The notes below the pieces were generated by a model that searched no databases, had not been told where the DNA came from, and saw nothing but the letters and a program-made list of their open reading frames with translations. A DNA stretch of 64,000 bases from Eledone cirrhosa (Eukaryota), in the NCBI GenBank assembly GCA_964016885.1, contig OZ024741.1, positions 143,654,001 through 143,718,000 on the forward strand. The letters are read 5' to 3'. The position numbers and the translations under genes were made by a program. Within the stretch, counting starts at the first letter, position 1. Every line of letters starts with the position of its first letter. Positions 13,901 through 28,600 of this stretch are shown piece after piece.

Positions 13901-16900
13901 GTTTATAGTCACAGTGGTACTGACTGATGTTTACAGTCACAGTGGTAGTGACTGATGTTTACAGTCACAGTGGTAGTGACTGTGATGTTTACAGTCACAG
14001 TGGTAGTGACTGTGATGTTTACAGTCACAGTGGTAGTGACTGATGTTTATAGTCACAGTGGTAGTGATGTGATGTTTACAGTCACAGTGGTAGTGACTGA
14101 TGTTTACAGTCACAGTGGTAGTGACTGATGTTTACAGTCACAGTTGTAGTGACTGATGTTTACAGTCACAGTGGTAGTGACTGTGATGTTCATAGTCACA
14201 GTGGTAGTGACTGATGTTTACAGTCACAGTGGTAGTTACTGTGATGTTTACAGTCACAGTGGTACTGACTGATGTTTACAGTCACAGTGGTAGTGACTGA
14301 TGTTTACAGTCACAGTGGTAGTGACTGTGATGTTCATAGTCACAGTGGTAGTGACTGTGATGTTTACAGTCACGGTGGTAGTGACTGTGATGTTTACAGT
14401 CACAGTGGTACTGACTGATGTTTACAGTCACAGTGGTACTGACTGTGATGTTTACAGTCACAGTGGTAGTGACTGATGTTTACAGTCACAGTGGTACTGA
14501 CTGATGTTTACAGTCACAGTGGTAGTGACTGATGTTTACAGTCACAGTGGTAGTGACTGTGATGTTTACAGTCACAGTGGTACTGACTGTGATGTTTACA
14601 GTCACAGTGGTAGTGACTGATGTTTACAGTCACAGTGGTAGTGACTGATGTTTACAGTCACGGTGGTAGTGACTGCGATGTTTACAGTCACAGTGGTAGT
14701 GACTGATTATAGTCACGGTGGTAGTGACTGTGACGTTTACAGTCACAGTGGTAGTGACTGTGATGTTTACAGTCACAGTGGTAGTGACTGATGTTTACAG
14801 TCACAGTGGTAGTGAGTGTGATGTTTACAGTCACAGTGGTAGTGAGTGTGATGTTTACAGTCACAGTGGTAGTGACTGTGATATTTACAGTCACAGTGGT
14901 AGTGACTGATGTTTATAGTCACAGTGGTACTGACTGTGATGTTTACAGTCACAGTTGTAGTGACTGATGTTAACACTCACAGTTGTAGTGACTGTGATGT
15001 TTACAGTCACAGTGGTACTGACTGATGTTTATAGTCACAGTGGTACTGACTGATGTTTACAGTCACAGTGGTAGTGACTGATGTTTACAGTCACAGTGGT
15101 AGTGACTGTGATGTTTACAGTCACAGTGGTAGTGACTGTGATGTTTACAGTCACAGTGGTAGTGACTGATGTTTATAGTCACAGTGGTAGTGATGTGATG
15201 TTTACAGTCACAGTGGTAGTGACTGATGTTTACAGTCACAGTGGTAGTGACTGATGTTTACAGTCACAGTTGTAGTGACTGATGTTTACAGTCACAGTGG
15301 TAGTGACTGTGATGTTCATAGTCACAGTGGTAGTGACTGATGTTTACAGTCACAGTGGTAGTTACTGTGATGTTTACAGTCACAGTGGTACTGACTGATG
15401 TTTACAGTCACAGTGGTAGTGACTGATGTTTACAGTCACAGTGGTAGTGACTGTGATGTTCATAGTCACAGTGGTAGTGACTGTGATGTTTACAGTCACG
15501 GTGGTAGTGACTGTGATGTTTACAGTCACAGTGGTACTGACTGATGTTTACAGTCACAGTGGTACTGACTGTGATGTTTACAGTCACAGTGGTAGTGACT
15601 GATGTTTACAGTCACAGTGGTACTGACTGATGTTTACAGTCACAGTGGTAGTGACTGATGTTTACAGTCACAGTGGTAGTGACTGTGATGTTTACAGTCA
15701 CAGTGGTACTGACTGTGATGTTTACAGTCACAGTGGTAGTGACTGATGTTTACAGTCACAGTGGTAGTGACTGATGTTTACAGTCACGGTGGTAGTGACT
15801 GCGATGTTTACAGTCACAGTGGTAGTGACTGATTATAGTCACGGTGGTAGTGACTGTGACGTTTACAGTCACAGTGGTAGTGACTGTGATGTTTACAGTC
15901 ACAGTGGTAGTGACTGATGTTTACAGTCACAGTGGTAGTGAGTGTGATGTTTACAGTCACAGTGGTAGTGAGTGTGATGTTTACAGTCACAGTGGTAGTG
16001 ACTGTGATATTTACAGTCACAGTGGTAGTGACTGATGTTTATAGTCACAGTGGTACTGACTGTGATGTTTACAGTCACAGTTGTAGTGACTGATGTTAAC
16101 ACTCACAGTTGTAGTGACTGTGATGTTTACAGTCACAGTGGTACTGACTGATGTTTATAGTCACAGTGGTACTGACTGATGTTTACAGTCACAGTGGTAG
16201 TGACTGATGTTTACAGTCACAGTGGTAGTGACTGTGATGTTTACAGTCACAGTGGTAGTGACTGTGATGTTTACAGTCACAGTGGTAGTGACTGATGTTT
16301 ACAGTCACAGTGGTAGTGATTGTGATGTTTACAGTCACAGTGGTAGTGACTGATGTTTACAGTCACAGTGGTAGTGACTGATGTTTATAGTCACAGTGGT
16401 AGTGATGTGATGTTTACAGTCACAGTGGTAGTGACTGATGTTTACAGTCACAGTGGTAGTGACTGATGTTTACAGTCACAGTTGTAGTGACTGATGTTTA
16501 CAGGCACAGTGGTAGTGACTGTGATGTTCATAGTCACAGTGGTAGTGACTGATGTTTACAGTCACAGTGGTAGTGACTGTGATGTTTACAGTCACAGTGG
16601 TACTGACTGATGTTTACAGTCACAGTGGTAGTGACTGATGTTTACAGTCACAGTGGTAGTGACTGTGATGTTCATAGTCACAGTGGTAGTGACTGTGATG
16701 TTTACAGTCACGGTGGTAGTGACTGTGATGTTTACAGTCACAGTGGTAGTGACTGATGTTTACAGTCACAGTGGTACTGACTGATGTTTACAGTCACAGT
16801 GGTACTGACTGTGATGTTTACAGTCACAGTGGTAGTGACTGATGTTTACAGTCACAGTGGTACTGACTGATGTTTACAGTCACAGTGGTACTGACTGTGA

Positions 16901-19900
16901 TGTTTACAGTCACAGTGGTAGTGACTGATGTTTACAGTCACAGTGGTAGTGACTGTGATGTTTACAGTCACAGTGGTAGTGACTGATGTTTACAGTCACA
17001 GTGGTAGTGACTGATGTTTACAGTCACAGTGGTAGTGACTGTGATGTTTACAGTCACAGTGGTAGTGACTGATGTTTACAGTCACAGTCGTAGTGACTGA
17101 TGTTTACAGTCACAGTGGTAGTGACTGTGATGTTTACAGTCACAGTGGTAGTGACTGATGTTTACAGTCACAGTGGTAGTGACTGTGATGTTTAGTCACA
17201 GTGGTAGTGACTGTGATGTTTACAGTCACAGTGGTAGTGACTGTGATGTTTACAGTCACAGTGGTAGTGACTGTAATGTTTACAGTCACAGTGGTAGTGA
17301 CTGATGTTAACACTCACAGTTGTAGTGACTGTGATGTTTACAGTCACAGTGGTACTGACTGATGTTTATAGTCACAGTGGTACTGACTGATGTTTACAGT
17401 CACAGTGGTAGTGACTGATGTTTACAGTCACAGTGGTAGTGACTGTGATGTTTACAGTCACAGTGGTAGTGACTGTGATGTTTACAGTCACAGTGGTAGT
17501 GACTGATGTTTATAGTCACAGTGGTAGTGATGTGATGTTTACAGTCACAGTGGTAGTGACTGATGTTTACAGTCACAGTGGTAGTGACTGATGTTTACAG
17601 TCACAGTTGTAGTGACTGATGTTTACAGTCACAGTGGTAGTGACTGTGATGTTCATAGTCACAGTGGTAGTGACTGATGTTTACAGTCACAGTGGTAGTT
17701 ACTGTGATGTTTACAGTCACAGTGGTACTGACTGATGTTTACAGTCACAGTGGTAGTGACTGATGTTTACAGTCACAGTGGTAGTGACTGTGATGTTCAT
17801 AGTCACAGTGGTAGTGACTGTGATGTTTACAGTCACGGTGGTAGTGACTGTGATGTTTACAGTCACAGTGGTACTGACTGATGTTTACAGTCACAGTGGT
17901 ACTGACTGTGATGTTTACAGTCACAGTGGTAGTGACTGATGTTTACAGTCACAGTGGTACTGACTGATGTTTACAGTCACAGTGGTAGTGACTGATGTTT
18001 ACAGTCACAGTGGTAGTGACTGTGATGTTTACAGTCACAGTGGTACTGACTGTGATGTTTACAGTCACAGTGGTAGTGACTGATGTTTACAGTCACAGTG
18101 GTAGTGACTGATGTTTACAGTCACAGTGGTAGTGACTGATGTTTACAGTCACAGTGGTAGTGACTGTGATGTTTACAGTCACAGTGGTAGTGACTGATGT
18201 TTACAGTCACAGTGGTAGTGACTGTGACGTTTACAGTCACAGTGGTAGTGACTGATGTTTACAGTCACAGTGGTAGTGACTGTGATGTTTAGTCACAGTG
18301 GTAGTGACTGTGATGTTTACAGTCACAGTGGTAGTGACTGTAATGTTTACAGTCACAGTGGTAGTGACTGTAATGTTTACAGTCACAGTGGTAGTGACTG
18401 ATGTTTACAGTCACAGTGGTAGTGACTGTGATGTTTACAGTCACAGTGGTAGTGACTGATGTTTACAGTCACAGTGGTAGTGACTGATGTTTATAGTCAC
18501 GGTGGTAGTGATTGTGATGTTTACAGTCACGGTGGTAGTGACTGTGATGTTTACAGTCACAGTGGTAGTGACTGATGTTTACAGTCACAGTGGTAGTGAC
18601 TGTGATGTTTATAGTCACAGTGGTACTGACTGTGATGTTTACAGTCACAGTGGTAGTGACTGATGTTTACAGTCACAGTGGTACTGACTGTGATGTTTAT
18701 AGTCACAGTGGTAGTGACTGTGATGTTTACAGTCACAGTGGTAGTGACTGATGTTTACAGTCACGGTGGTAGTGATTGTGTTTACAATCACAGTGGTAGT
18801 GACTGTGATGTTTACAGTCACAGTGGTAGTGACTGTGATGTTTACAGTCACAGTGGTAGTGACTGTAATGTTTACAGTCACAGTGGTAGTGACTGTGATG
18901 TTTACAGTCACAGTGGTAGTGACTGATGTTTACAGTCACAGTGGTAGTGACTGATGTTTACAGTCACGGTGGTAGTGACTGCGATGTTTACAGTCACAGT
19001 GGTAGTGACTGATTATAGTCACGGTGGTAGTGACTGTGACGTTTACAGTCCCAGTGGTAGTGACTGTGATGTTTACAGTCACAGTGGTAGTGACTGATGT
19101 TTACAGTCACAGTGGTAGTGAGTGTGATGTTTACAGTCACAGTGGTAGTGAGTGTGATGTTTACAGTCACAGTGGTAGTGACTGATGTTTATAGTCACAG
19201 TGGTACTGACTGTGATGTTTACAGTCACAGTTGTAGTGACTGATGTTAACACTCACAGTTGTAGTGACTGTGATGTTTACAGTCACAGTGGTACTGACTG
19301 ATGTTTATAGTCACAGTGGTACTGACTGATGTTTACAGTCACAGTGGTAGTGACTGATGTTTACAGTCACAGTGGTAGTGACTGTGATGTTTACAGTCAC
19401 AGTGGTAGTGACTGTGATGTTTACAGTCACAGTGGTAGTGACTGATGTTTACAGTCACAGTGGTAGTGACTGATGTTTACAGTCACAGTGGTCGTGACTG
19501 ATGTTTATAGTCACAGTGGTAGTGATGTGATGTTTACAGTCACAGTGGTAGTGACTGATGTTTACAGTCACAGTGGTAGTGACTGATGTTTACAGTCACA
19601 GTTGTAGTGACTGATGTTTACAGGCACAGTGGTAGTGACTGTGATGTTCATAGTCACAGTGGTAGTGACTGATGTTTACAGTCACAGTGGTAGTGACTGT
19701 GATGTTTACAGTCACAGTGGTACTGACTGATGTTTACAGTCACAGTGGTAGTGACTGATGTTTACAGTCACAGTGGTAGTGACTGTGATGTTCATAGTCA
19801 CAGTGGTAGTGACTGTGATGTTTACAGTCACGGTGGTAGTGACTGTGATGTTTACAGTCACAGTGGTAGTGACTGATGTTTACAGTCACAGTGGTACTGA

Positions 19901-20770
19901 CTGATGTTTACAGTCACAGTGGTACTGACTGTGATGTTTACAGTCACAGTGGTAGTGACTGATGTTTACAGTCACAGTGGTACTGACTGATGTTTACAGT
20001 CACAGTGGTACTGACTGTGATGTTTACAGTCACAGTGGTAGTGACTGATGTTTACAGTCACAGTGGTAGTGACTGTGATGTTTACAGTCACAGTGGTACT
20101 GACTGTGATGTTTACAGTCACAGTGGTAGTGACTGATGTTTACAGTCACAGTGGTAGTGACTGATGTTTACAGTCACAGTGGTAGTGACTGTGATGTTTA
20201 CAGTCACAGTGGTAGTGACTGATGTTTACAGTCACAGTCGTAGTGACTGATGTTTACAGTCACAGTGGTAGTGACTGTGACGTTTACAGTCACAGTGGTA
20301 GTGACTGATGTTTACAGTCACAGTGGTAGTGACTGTGATGTTTAGTCACAGTGGTAGTGACTGTGATGTTTACAGTCACAGTGGTAGTGACTGTGATGTT
20401 TACAGTCACAGTGGTAGTGACTGTAATGTTTACAGTCACAGTGGTAGTGACTGATGTTTACAGTCACAGTGGTAGTGACTGTGATGTTTACAGTCACAGT
20501 GGTAGTGACTGATGTTTACAGTCACAGTGGTAGTGACTGTAATGTTTACAGTCACAGTGGTAGTGACTGATGTTTACAGTCACAGTGGTAGTGACTGATG
20601 TTTACAGTCACAGTGGTAGTGACTGTGATGTTTACAGTCACAGTGGTAGTGACTGATGTTTACAGTCACAGTGGTAGTGACTGTGATGTTTACAGTCACA
20701 GTGGTAGTGACTGATGTTTACAGTCACAGTGGTAGTGACTGTGATGTTTACAGTCACAGTGGTAGTGACT
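7961..20770. repeat. Tandem satellite of mixed 28/30-bp units GATGTTTACAGTCACAGTGGTAGTGACT(GT), roughly 430-440 copies
   Basis: Directly visible. Units are degenerate at the left edge (7961-8130) and the array ends abruptly at 20770. It fills most of the last CHPF intron (7604-21183). Confidence 0.99.
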
Positions 20771-21183
20771 GGTGAGAATAATGTTCCTGATGTTAAACAT
20801 TATCATCAGTTAAACAATAGTTGATGGTAGACCATAGACAGAGATGGAATTCCGGAGGAAGAATGATTGGGGAAACTGTTTGGTTATGGCTTGATGTGTT
20901 GTATATTGGGTGTGATGTTTTAGGTACAGATGTTGTTAGTAAGTTCCGGAGTACTGAGGTGAAGGTAGAGAGATGTAGTGACAATGGTAGAGGTAAATGA
21001 ATAAATAGGAGAGGCAAAGTATACATGATAGGAAACACAAACTCCAATCCTGCATGTCAACCCACTCTCTAAAACAACAAGAACAACTAAAATGGGTCAA
21101 CACTTATAAAGGAACAAAAGGAACTTATTTTCACCCCACCCTGTCTCATTTCACAAAAAAAAAAAAAGTATTAGGCAACTTAC

Positions 21184-21297
21184 CTGAAAGAACTTTCTCA
21201 TTTGAATAGTCATTATCAAAATACAGGTGTGTAGTTGTAAAGTATTGCCAGTGTATGACATCAAAACGATTCTTTGCTTTGAATGGCTCTGGCACAC
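21184..21297 (-). CDS. CHPF: CHPF internal exon (114 nt): (G)VPEPFKAKNRFDVIHWQYFTTTHLYFDNDYSNEKVLS(G)
   Basis: Acceptor tttcttAG at 21299-21298 and donor GTAAGT at 21183. Phase 1/1 joins in frame to both neighbouring exons. Matches the CHPF segment GxPxPxxPxxRF(D/E)VxxWxYFT. Confidence 0.92.
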
Positions 21298-22509
21298 CTA
21301 AGAAATAAATTCACATAAAAGAATGACTAAATAAATTAAGTTGAATAATAAATACTTGTTTCTACTTTTGGCACAAGGCCAGCAATTACTCAGTACATTA
21401 CTGGTACTTTATTTTATTGACCCCGTAAGGATGAAAGGCAAAGTTGAATAATAAATAATATTAGTAGTTTCTCTATTTAAAATATTGTTTCTACTTCTTT
21501 CACATGTACCAGATTTTATTCACTGCTCTGACAATTCTCCGCCTTACTAGTAATATTAACAGTAACAATTTTATTAATAGTAACAATTTTATAAATTTCA
21601 ATATAAATTTTATATTGTTCATTGTCATGAACAAGAATATTGTGGGTTACAGGTTTCCACTAGGCCAAGCACTAATTCAATGCATATATATACACACATA
21701 TATGTGTATATACATATGTATATATACACATACACAAACATTATTATGTGTTAAACAATGAAAACCAAAGACGAAAATTAGTGCTTAATCAGTTCATTGT
21801 TTTACGATCATTTCAGAATGTTAATTGATTATGATAAATAATGACTAACTCATAGTAGTATATAACAATATATATATATATATATATATTTATTCTGGAT
21901 ATTTCACATCCAGCTCACTGTCCTTCTCAGAAACAATGAACAATAATCTTTATTTGTAAGATATATAAAAAGGTATAAATATATTAATTACATACTTGGA
22001 CAAAGAAAAAATAAATAAAGGATAAAAGAATAAAATATTAGGATTCACAATGAAAGATGAAGAAATACAAGTAGAAAACAAATTAAAAGAAGTAAATAAT
22101 ACTATAACAAATTGAAAAAAAGGTTAAAAATTTGAAGATAATGAAAGTTAGTTATCCAACAGGAACCATTTAAAAGAATAAACAAGTAAATATATAAATG
22201 AACTCTTTGACTGGATTATCTGTCACTGTTCATTAACTTCTATAGCTTGTCACATCTTAGTTAGTCTGCAATAAACAGACTACTACACTTAATGTGTGGT
22301 CAAAGACACAGATCCACACATATAGACGCATACAGACAGAAGGATATGGTGAGATAAAGAAACGCACTCAATTTGTTGCTAATTGGTTCCCCTCCTACCA
22401 TATGCATCCATATTTCTACACTTAAGCTTTTATACACACACACACACACACACATACACACGCACACACACACATACATACATACACATAAATGAAGTTG
22501 ATGTATGTC

Positions 22510-23150
22510 TGTGATGGCCCGGATCATGCCCCCCTCCACATTGGCCCTGATGTTGTGGAGTTCGACAGCTCCTTCATCTACCTGGGCTCCACAGTCATCA
22601 ACAATGGAGGCCTGATCCCAGTGATCAACCACAGATGTGGTTTGGCCGCCAGAGCCATGCGCTTCCTCTGGAAACCCCTTTGGCACCACCACTCTATCTC
22701 CTGGAAGACAAAGCTCCAGATCTACATGTTGGTCCTCTCTGTTATCCTCTATAGAGCAGAAGCATGGTCCCTCCTGAAGACTGTGGCAAAGAGGAACAAG
22801 GGCTTTGATAGAGTCCTGAGGACTATTGAGAACATCAGATGGTTACATCACATCTCCAACGAAGAGCTACGTGCGTGCACATATCAGCCCGCAGCCTCCA
22901 GCCCATAGCCATCTGCCAGGGCCTAACTCTCATCCAATGTAGCAGCGGCAGGCTGGAAGAAACCCTGTAGCAGACCTCGCACCAGATGGCTGGATGTGAT
23001 TAAGGAAGATCAACATCACCTTGGATGACGCAGTGGGGCTGGCACAGGACAGCCAATGGAGGGCACTACTAGATCTGGTCAGCTCTACGCTCAATGATGC
23101 CTCTGGGTCTGCTGACCAGGATGACCCCAGGTCTATTGAGCAACAACAAT
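22510..23150 (+). mobile_element. RTE-type LINE 3' fragment (post-RT region), degenerate
   Basis: Translates as FIYLGSTV...SISWKTKLQIY...LYRAEAWSL...ISNEELR, with an RPRTRWLD-like segment near 22975 and a (CAA)n tail. Confidence 0.85.
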
Positions 23151-25656
23151 AGATAGATAGATAGAGAGATATCAGCTGAGATGCCAGCAATAAGTACTAT
23201 GTCTTCATTAATCATCATCATTTAATGTATTTTTCCTTGCTGCCATGGGTTGAGTGGGTTGTTACAGACAGTATTTAATCTGAATTGCTGTTGCTTACAT
23301 ATGTTCCAGTTTTTGTGTGGTTTTTACAGCTGGATGCCCTTCCTATCACAAACCACTTCATAGAGATTACTAGGATTATTTTATTGTGGTACCAGCACTA
23401 GAGAAGTTGTTATGTCCTTAAACTCTTTGTTTGTCATGGTTTCTATGGCTGGATGCCCTTCCTAACACCAACTACTTTGCAGAGTGTACTATGTGTGTGT
23501 GTGTGATCATCCATATCATTTAACATCTGTTTCCCCTGCTATCAAGGGTTGGACAGGTCCTCACTAATTACTTTACAGAGTATATTGGGTGTGTTTATTC
23601 TGTAAATCCTCAACAGTAGGGAGACTGTCATGTCTTTGACACAACTAAGGGGTATGCACACACATACATTTATATATGAGCAAGACAAGGTCAGCCGACC
23701 GGACACTGCCCACAATAGGACAACCCGTCTAACCCATGCTAGCGTGGAAGAACGGACATAAAACGGTGATGATGATGATATATATATATATATAATCGAC
23801 AGTCGATCGATTTTTGTCAAATTGGACTGAGGAAACAATGTTTCCTTTGGTCTTTCCAATTACTAATACTATCTATCAGTTGCAACTCCAGGTAGAAGGA
23901 GCAATGTGAAATAAAGTGTCTTGCTCAAGGACAATGCAGGAATCGAACTCACAACCTCACGATTGCGAATCCAATTCTCTGACCACTCAGCCAAGCGCCT
24001 TCACACATATATATAGTGAACCCACCCCTACTCCATGTTATAACTCATCATGGGTTTGCACCGGGAAAGTTCCTCTCCAAGACACAAACCTGAAGAAGGT
24101 GTTTTGTTTGGGAGACCAGTGGTCACCCATACACACAAATCTCCCCTCTCCATGCCACTGATGTTATTCAAGGGAAAACAAAGGCTGATACAGTGATGTC
24201 ACACGTAAACACAGATTGCAAAGGCCCAAAAAACATACCATAAGACATCCTGTACAATGCTCTAATAATTCCCCCAATCCACCTCTCTGGATTGTTACTT
24301 CATTCTATTGACTCTGAAGAGCTGAATGGCAACTCAGAATACAAACAACCATAACAAATATCACAAGGTATTTTATCTCCTGTAATAACAGTTAATGATG
24401 TTGCAATATATTGTATAGTGTTTACAGTAATTAAAAAATCCATGATGTCATAAGAAATACGTAAGAGTGACAAAACAAGAAAAGAAGTGACAATAAAATA
24501 AAATCTGTGCATCAAGCATGAATCCCAACACAAAAATCTAGTTCAGAATTTATTTGGAAGTCACAGTTTTAGTTCAATGTGATCACGCTATGAAATACAG
24601 GAAATCACGGATGACATAAGTAGGCTAGATCTGAGGTAGTGGGAGGGGGCAAATGACAATTGACTTGGCTCTTTGATTTTTAGGGCAAGGGTGGGGTGGT
24701 AGAGACTAGTCACTTCAAACTTCAGTTATTTCATTCTGTCCTGTTGCTTGTAAGTATATCATGTATAGTACATGCATATGTATTTACCTGTAGTCTAAAC
24801 ATAAATGGTATATAACTAAGACATAGACCATATGTAACCTATATAAAGACTTCTTCTTTACCCACTTATTCCTTGAGGGTCATGGAAGCAGAATCCTCTG
24901 ACACATCTTCCAGAGTGTCATATCAGAAACAACCACCACCAGTTGATTCGGCGGGATCCCCAAGAGAAACCAATTAAGCTCATGGGTGTTATCCAACCAT
25001 CTTATTCCTGGTTTACTTCTGGGTCTCCCATTGGTTGGCTTTATCCCTAAAATCTATACAAAGACTGAACACTAAAATACTGAAAGAAACACATAGATAA
25101 GTGCAAGAAGATAAATAAAGACAACTGTCACTATGAAAGCCAGAAATATGAATACAGGCAATCTTAGAATAAAAGAGCTGCAAGGTAACATCCCAACATC
25201 TATTTATTAATTTCAAGAACGTCATTATTCTGTGTGTCATAATTCTCGATTATCATTGGTTCATAGGTTTCAAACGACTCCGCCCACCTCAACGATGCCA
25301 AACTGAAATTAATATGCATAATGCCAATGAGGGAGTGAGAGGGGAGAGTGTGAACGCTGTGTTCAATAACTATTAACATGTGTGCGTGTGTATGTACGTG
25401 CGCATATGTTTATGTGTGCGTGCGTGCGTGCAGCATTCCACGGAAAGTAAAAACTATCAACATGTGTGAGTGTGTGCGCGTTTCCATGCGTGTATGTGTG
25501 TGGCGTTCCACAATCGCCACGTAGTTTATCTGTCTGTGTGCCTGTCTGTCAGTCTAACATACACAGAGTTGTGAAGGGAGTAAATAGGGACCTTTCTTTA
25601 CATTGACAGACATCTTTTATATTTATTATTGTGTCAATTTTTGACAATTGCTTGAA

Positions 25657-28600
25657 ATGAATACTGATAATAAAAGCAATTCGACTTTATCAAACAGTGA
25701 ACTACAGCGGCGATGGCGTGCAGCCAGCAATGAAGAAAAACGGGCCGAACAGCGCCATCGGAACGCCAAACTTCAGAGGTGAAGACGTGCCGCCATGAAT
25801 GAAGAGAAGCTGGCTGAACAACGCAAACAAAACACTGGAACCAAGCAGCGGCGGCGTGCAGCGCTGGTTGAAGACAAACTGGCTGAGCATCATCAGCAGA
25901 TGGCCAGAATTCAGCAGCAACAGCGTGCTGCGATGGATGAAGAGGAGCTGGCTTATCAGCGCCAGCGCAATACAGAAGTTCAGAGAATGTGTCGCCAAAG
26001 TGCTCCTCATTCCAGTAAAGAGGTTAGAAGGCGAACGAATGATATTAAAAATGGATCATGGCAACCGTGTCATTTTCAGATTGGTGGACGAGCAGAGTGT
26101 CCACATTGTGGAGCATTGCTTTTGAGGCACAAAAAGACGTGGACCACAATGTGCTGTCATAAAGGAGCAGTTCAACTAGAACCCTTGCGAATGCCGGATG
26201 ATGAGGAGTCACCGGAGTTTAAAATACTAAGTATGTGGGGTGATCAAGGAGACCGAGGTAGATTATTGCGCAAAAATTCGCGGCAAATTAACAATTCATT
26301 AGCTTTAGCATCGCAGAGAGTTAGTGAGATGTTTGAGAGTGGAGCATGGCAACCGAATGTAGTCATTCAAGGCCGTTTGTATCATTGTATCAGTAATTTA
26401 GAAGTTACCCCAGGAGAGTGGCCACGATTCGCTCAAATTTACGTTAACGATCCAGATTATAGTGAATCGGAGGAGGATATCAGGATCGGTTGGATGAAGT
26501 TGCCGGGAAATATAACTGAACTTGAACGGCAAAGGTTAAGTGATTTGATCCGTGATTTGCAATCATGGCTTAGACAGTGTAATCCTTATGTTATGGATTT
26601 CATGTTGGTGGCTGAACTGCAAAATGTTCAGCAGCAAACATTGGTGATTAAGGCTGATGCAGTGCCAAGGAATCAACACAAACCGCGATATAATGCCCCT
26701 GAAGGATTTCGTGAAGTTGCTGTGTTGATGGACGATAAGCCTGGATTGAGAGATATCGTCCTCAATCGCAGAGATGGTGGTCTCAAGACTATCAATGAGT
26801 CAAATAGGGCATATGATCATTGCATTATGTTCTTTTATTCCCAAAAGGTGAAAATGGATGGAACATGTCTGTTCATTTAGATGATCATGAAAATCAGCAT
26901 CAACAGGGAGGTGGCAATAGACACAATAATTCGATTCGCGACTTTTACGCGTTCCATTTGAACGAGAGGAATCAACAGAGAAATGCGCTATTTCAAGCCA
27001 GCAGATTGTTCCAGAAATACTGTTGTATGGCATTCGCAAAGATCGAAAATCAAAGGCTAAATTATATAGCTCCACATCAGCAACATATCAGAGCTGAATT
27101 GTATAATAATATACAGCATGCGATAACAGCCGATGATGCCAATTACAAGCAAATTGGTCGACACATCATTTTGCCATTGTTTTTCATCGGCGGCCCGAGA
27201 TATATGAACATTCGCTATCAGGATGCAATGGCTATTGTCAAAAAGTTTGGAAAGCCAGATTTGTTTATAACGGTTGCATGCAATCCTGAATGGACTGATA
27301 TTAAGGATGCACTTTTTCCAGGACAACAGCCAAAGGACCGTCCTGATATTGTGGCAAGAGTATTCAAAGGATATCTGAAAAAGATAATGGATGATGTGGA
27401 AAAAGAGGGAATATTTGGGGGTATAGTTGCTTTTACATACGTAATTGAATTCCAAAAAAGAGGATTGCCACATGCACATTTGCTGATCATTTTACATAGA
27501 GATTGCAAATTGAGATGTGCTGAGGATGTTGACAGCATTGTGTGTGCTGAACTGCCGAAGAATGAGGCACTACGCAACTTGGTGGCAAAGTCAATGGTGC
27601 ACAACCAATGCGGAGTGGCAAATCGGAAAGCGCCTTGCATGAAAAAATGGCCAATGCAGTAAGCACTTTCCGAAATCTTTTGTCACGAACACTTCCTGGA
27701 ACGATGGGGATGCTCATCCCTCATACAGAAGACGGTCGCCTGCCGATGGCGGTTTGGTCGAAAATGTAAACGGTCGACAGGTTACAAATCAATGGGTTGT
27801 GCCATACAATCCATATTTGATTATGAAATATCTTTGTCATATTAATGTGGAAATTTGTAGCTCAGTGAAAGCTTGCAAATATCTATTCAAATATGTTTAC
27901 AAAGGTCCTGATCGGGCAATGATCAATGTCAGGAATGAGGAAGTGAACCAAGGAGATGATGTTGGCAGGTTCCAGGATGTTCGCTCGATTGGATCTAGCG
28001 AAGCTTGCTGGAGATTGTTCGATTTTCATCTCAATGAACGCAAACCCAGCGTTCAGAAACTGACGGTTCACTTAGAGAATAGGCAAATGGTCTGTTTTCA
28101 GGACACTAGAAGAGGTGTGGAAAGAATTGCTAACGCACCACCCCCTAAGACAGAATTGACTGAGTGGTTCAAGCATAATAGGGAACATGCTTTGAACCCG
28201 GATCAAAGGCGGCTCTACTGCGATACCCCTTCGCACTATACGTGGGATAAGAAGGGAAAGAAATGGAATGATAGAAAACAAAAGTTGAGATTCATGACTA
28301 TTGGACGGGTTTGTAATGTCCATCCAGCATCTGGTGATGTGTTTTATCTCCGAATTCTGTTGCATAATGATTTTTCGAGAGGTAAACAGAGCTTCGCTGA
28401 TTTGAAAACAATCAATGGCGTGGAATATGAAACATACCAGGCTGTGTGTCAGAATCTGGGACTCCTTCAGGATGACGCTGAATGGAATAATGCCATGGAA
28501 GCTGCAGGAACAACACAGATGCCAGCTCAAATAAGGCAGTTGTTTGTCACGATTCTAGGATTCTGCAATCCTGCCGATCCAAGAGAATTATTTGAACGCC

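Noticed and set aside
8119-18954. Thr/Val- and His/Cys-rich ORFs in the satellite
   Set aside because: They are translation artefacts of 30-mer runs, broken by every 28-mer.
7961-20770. CRISPR-like array (about 29-bp palindromic repeats) or RAG recombination signals (CACAGTG in every unit)
   Set aside because: Units are head-to-tail with no unique spacers and no cas genes. The heptamer is not followed by an ACAAAAACC nonamer at 12 or 23 bp (ATGTTTACA at 12 bp).
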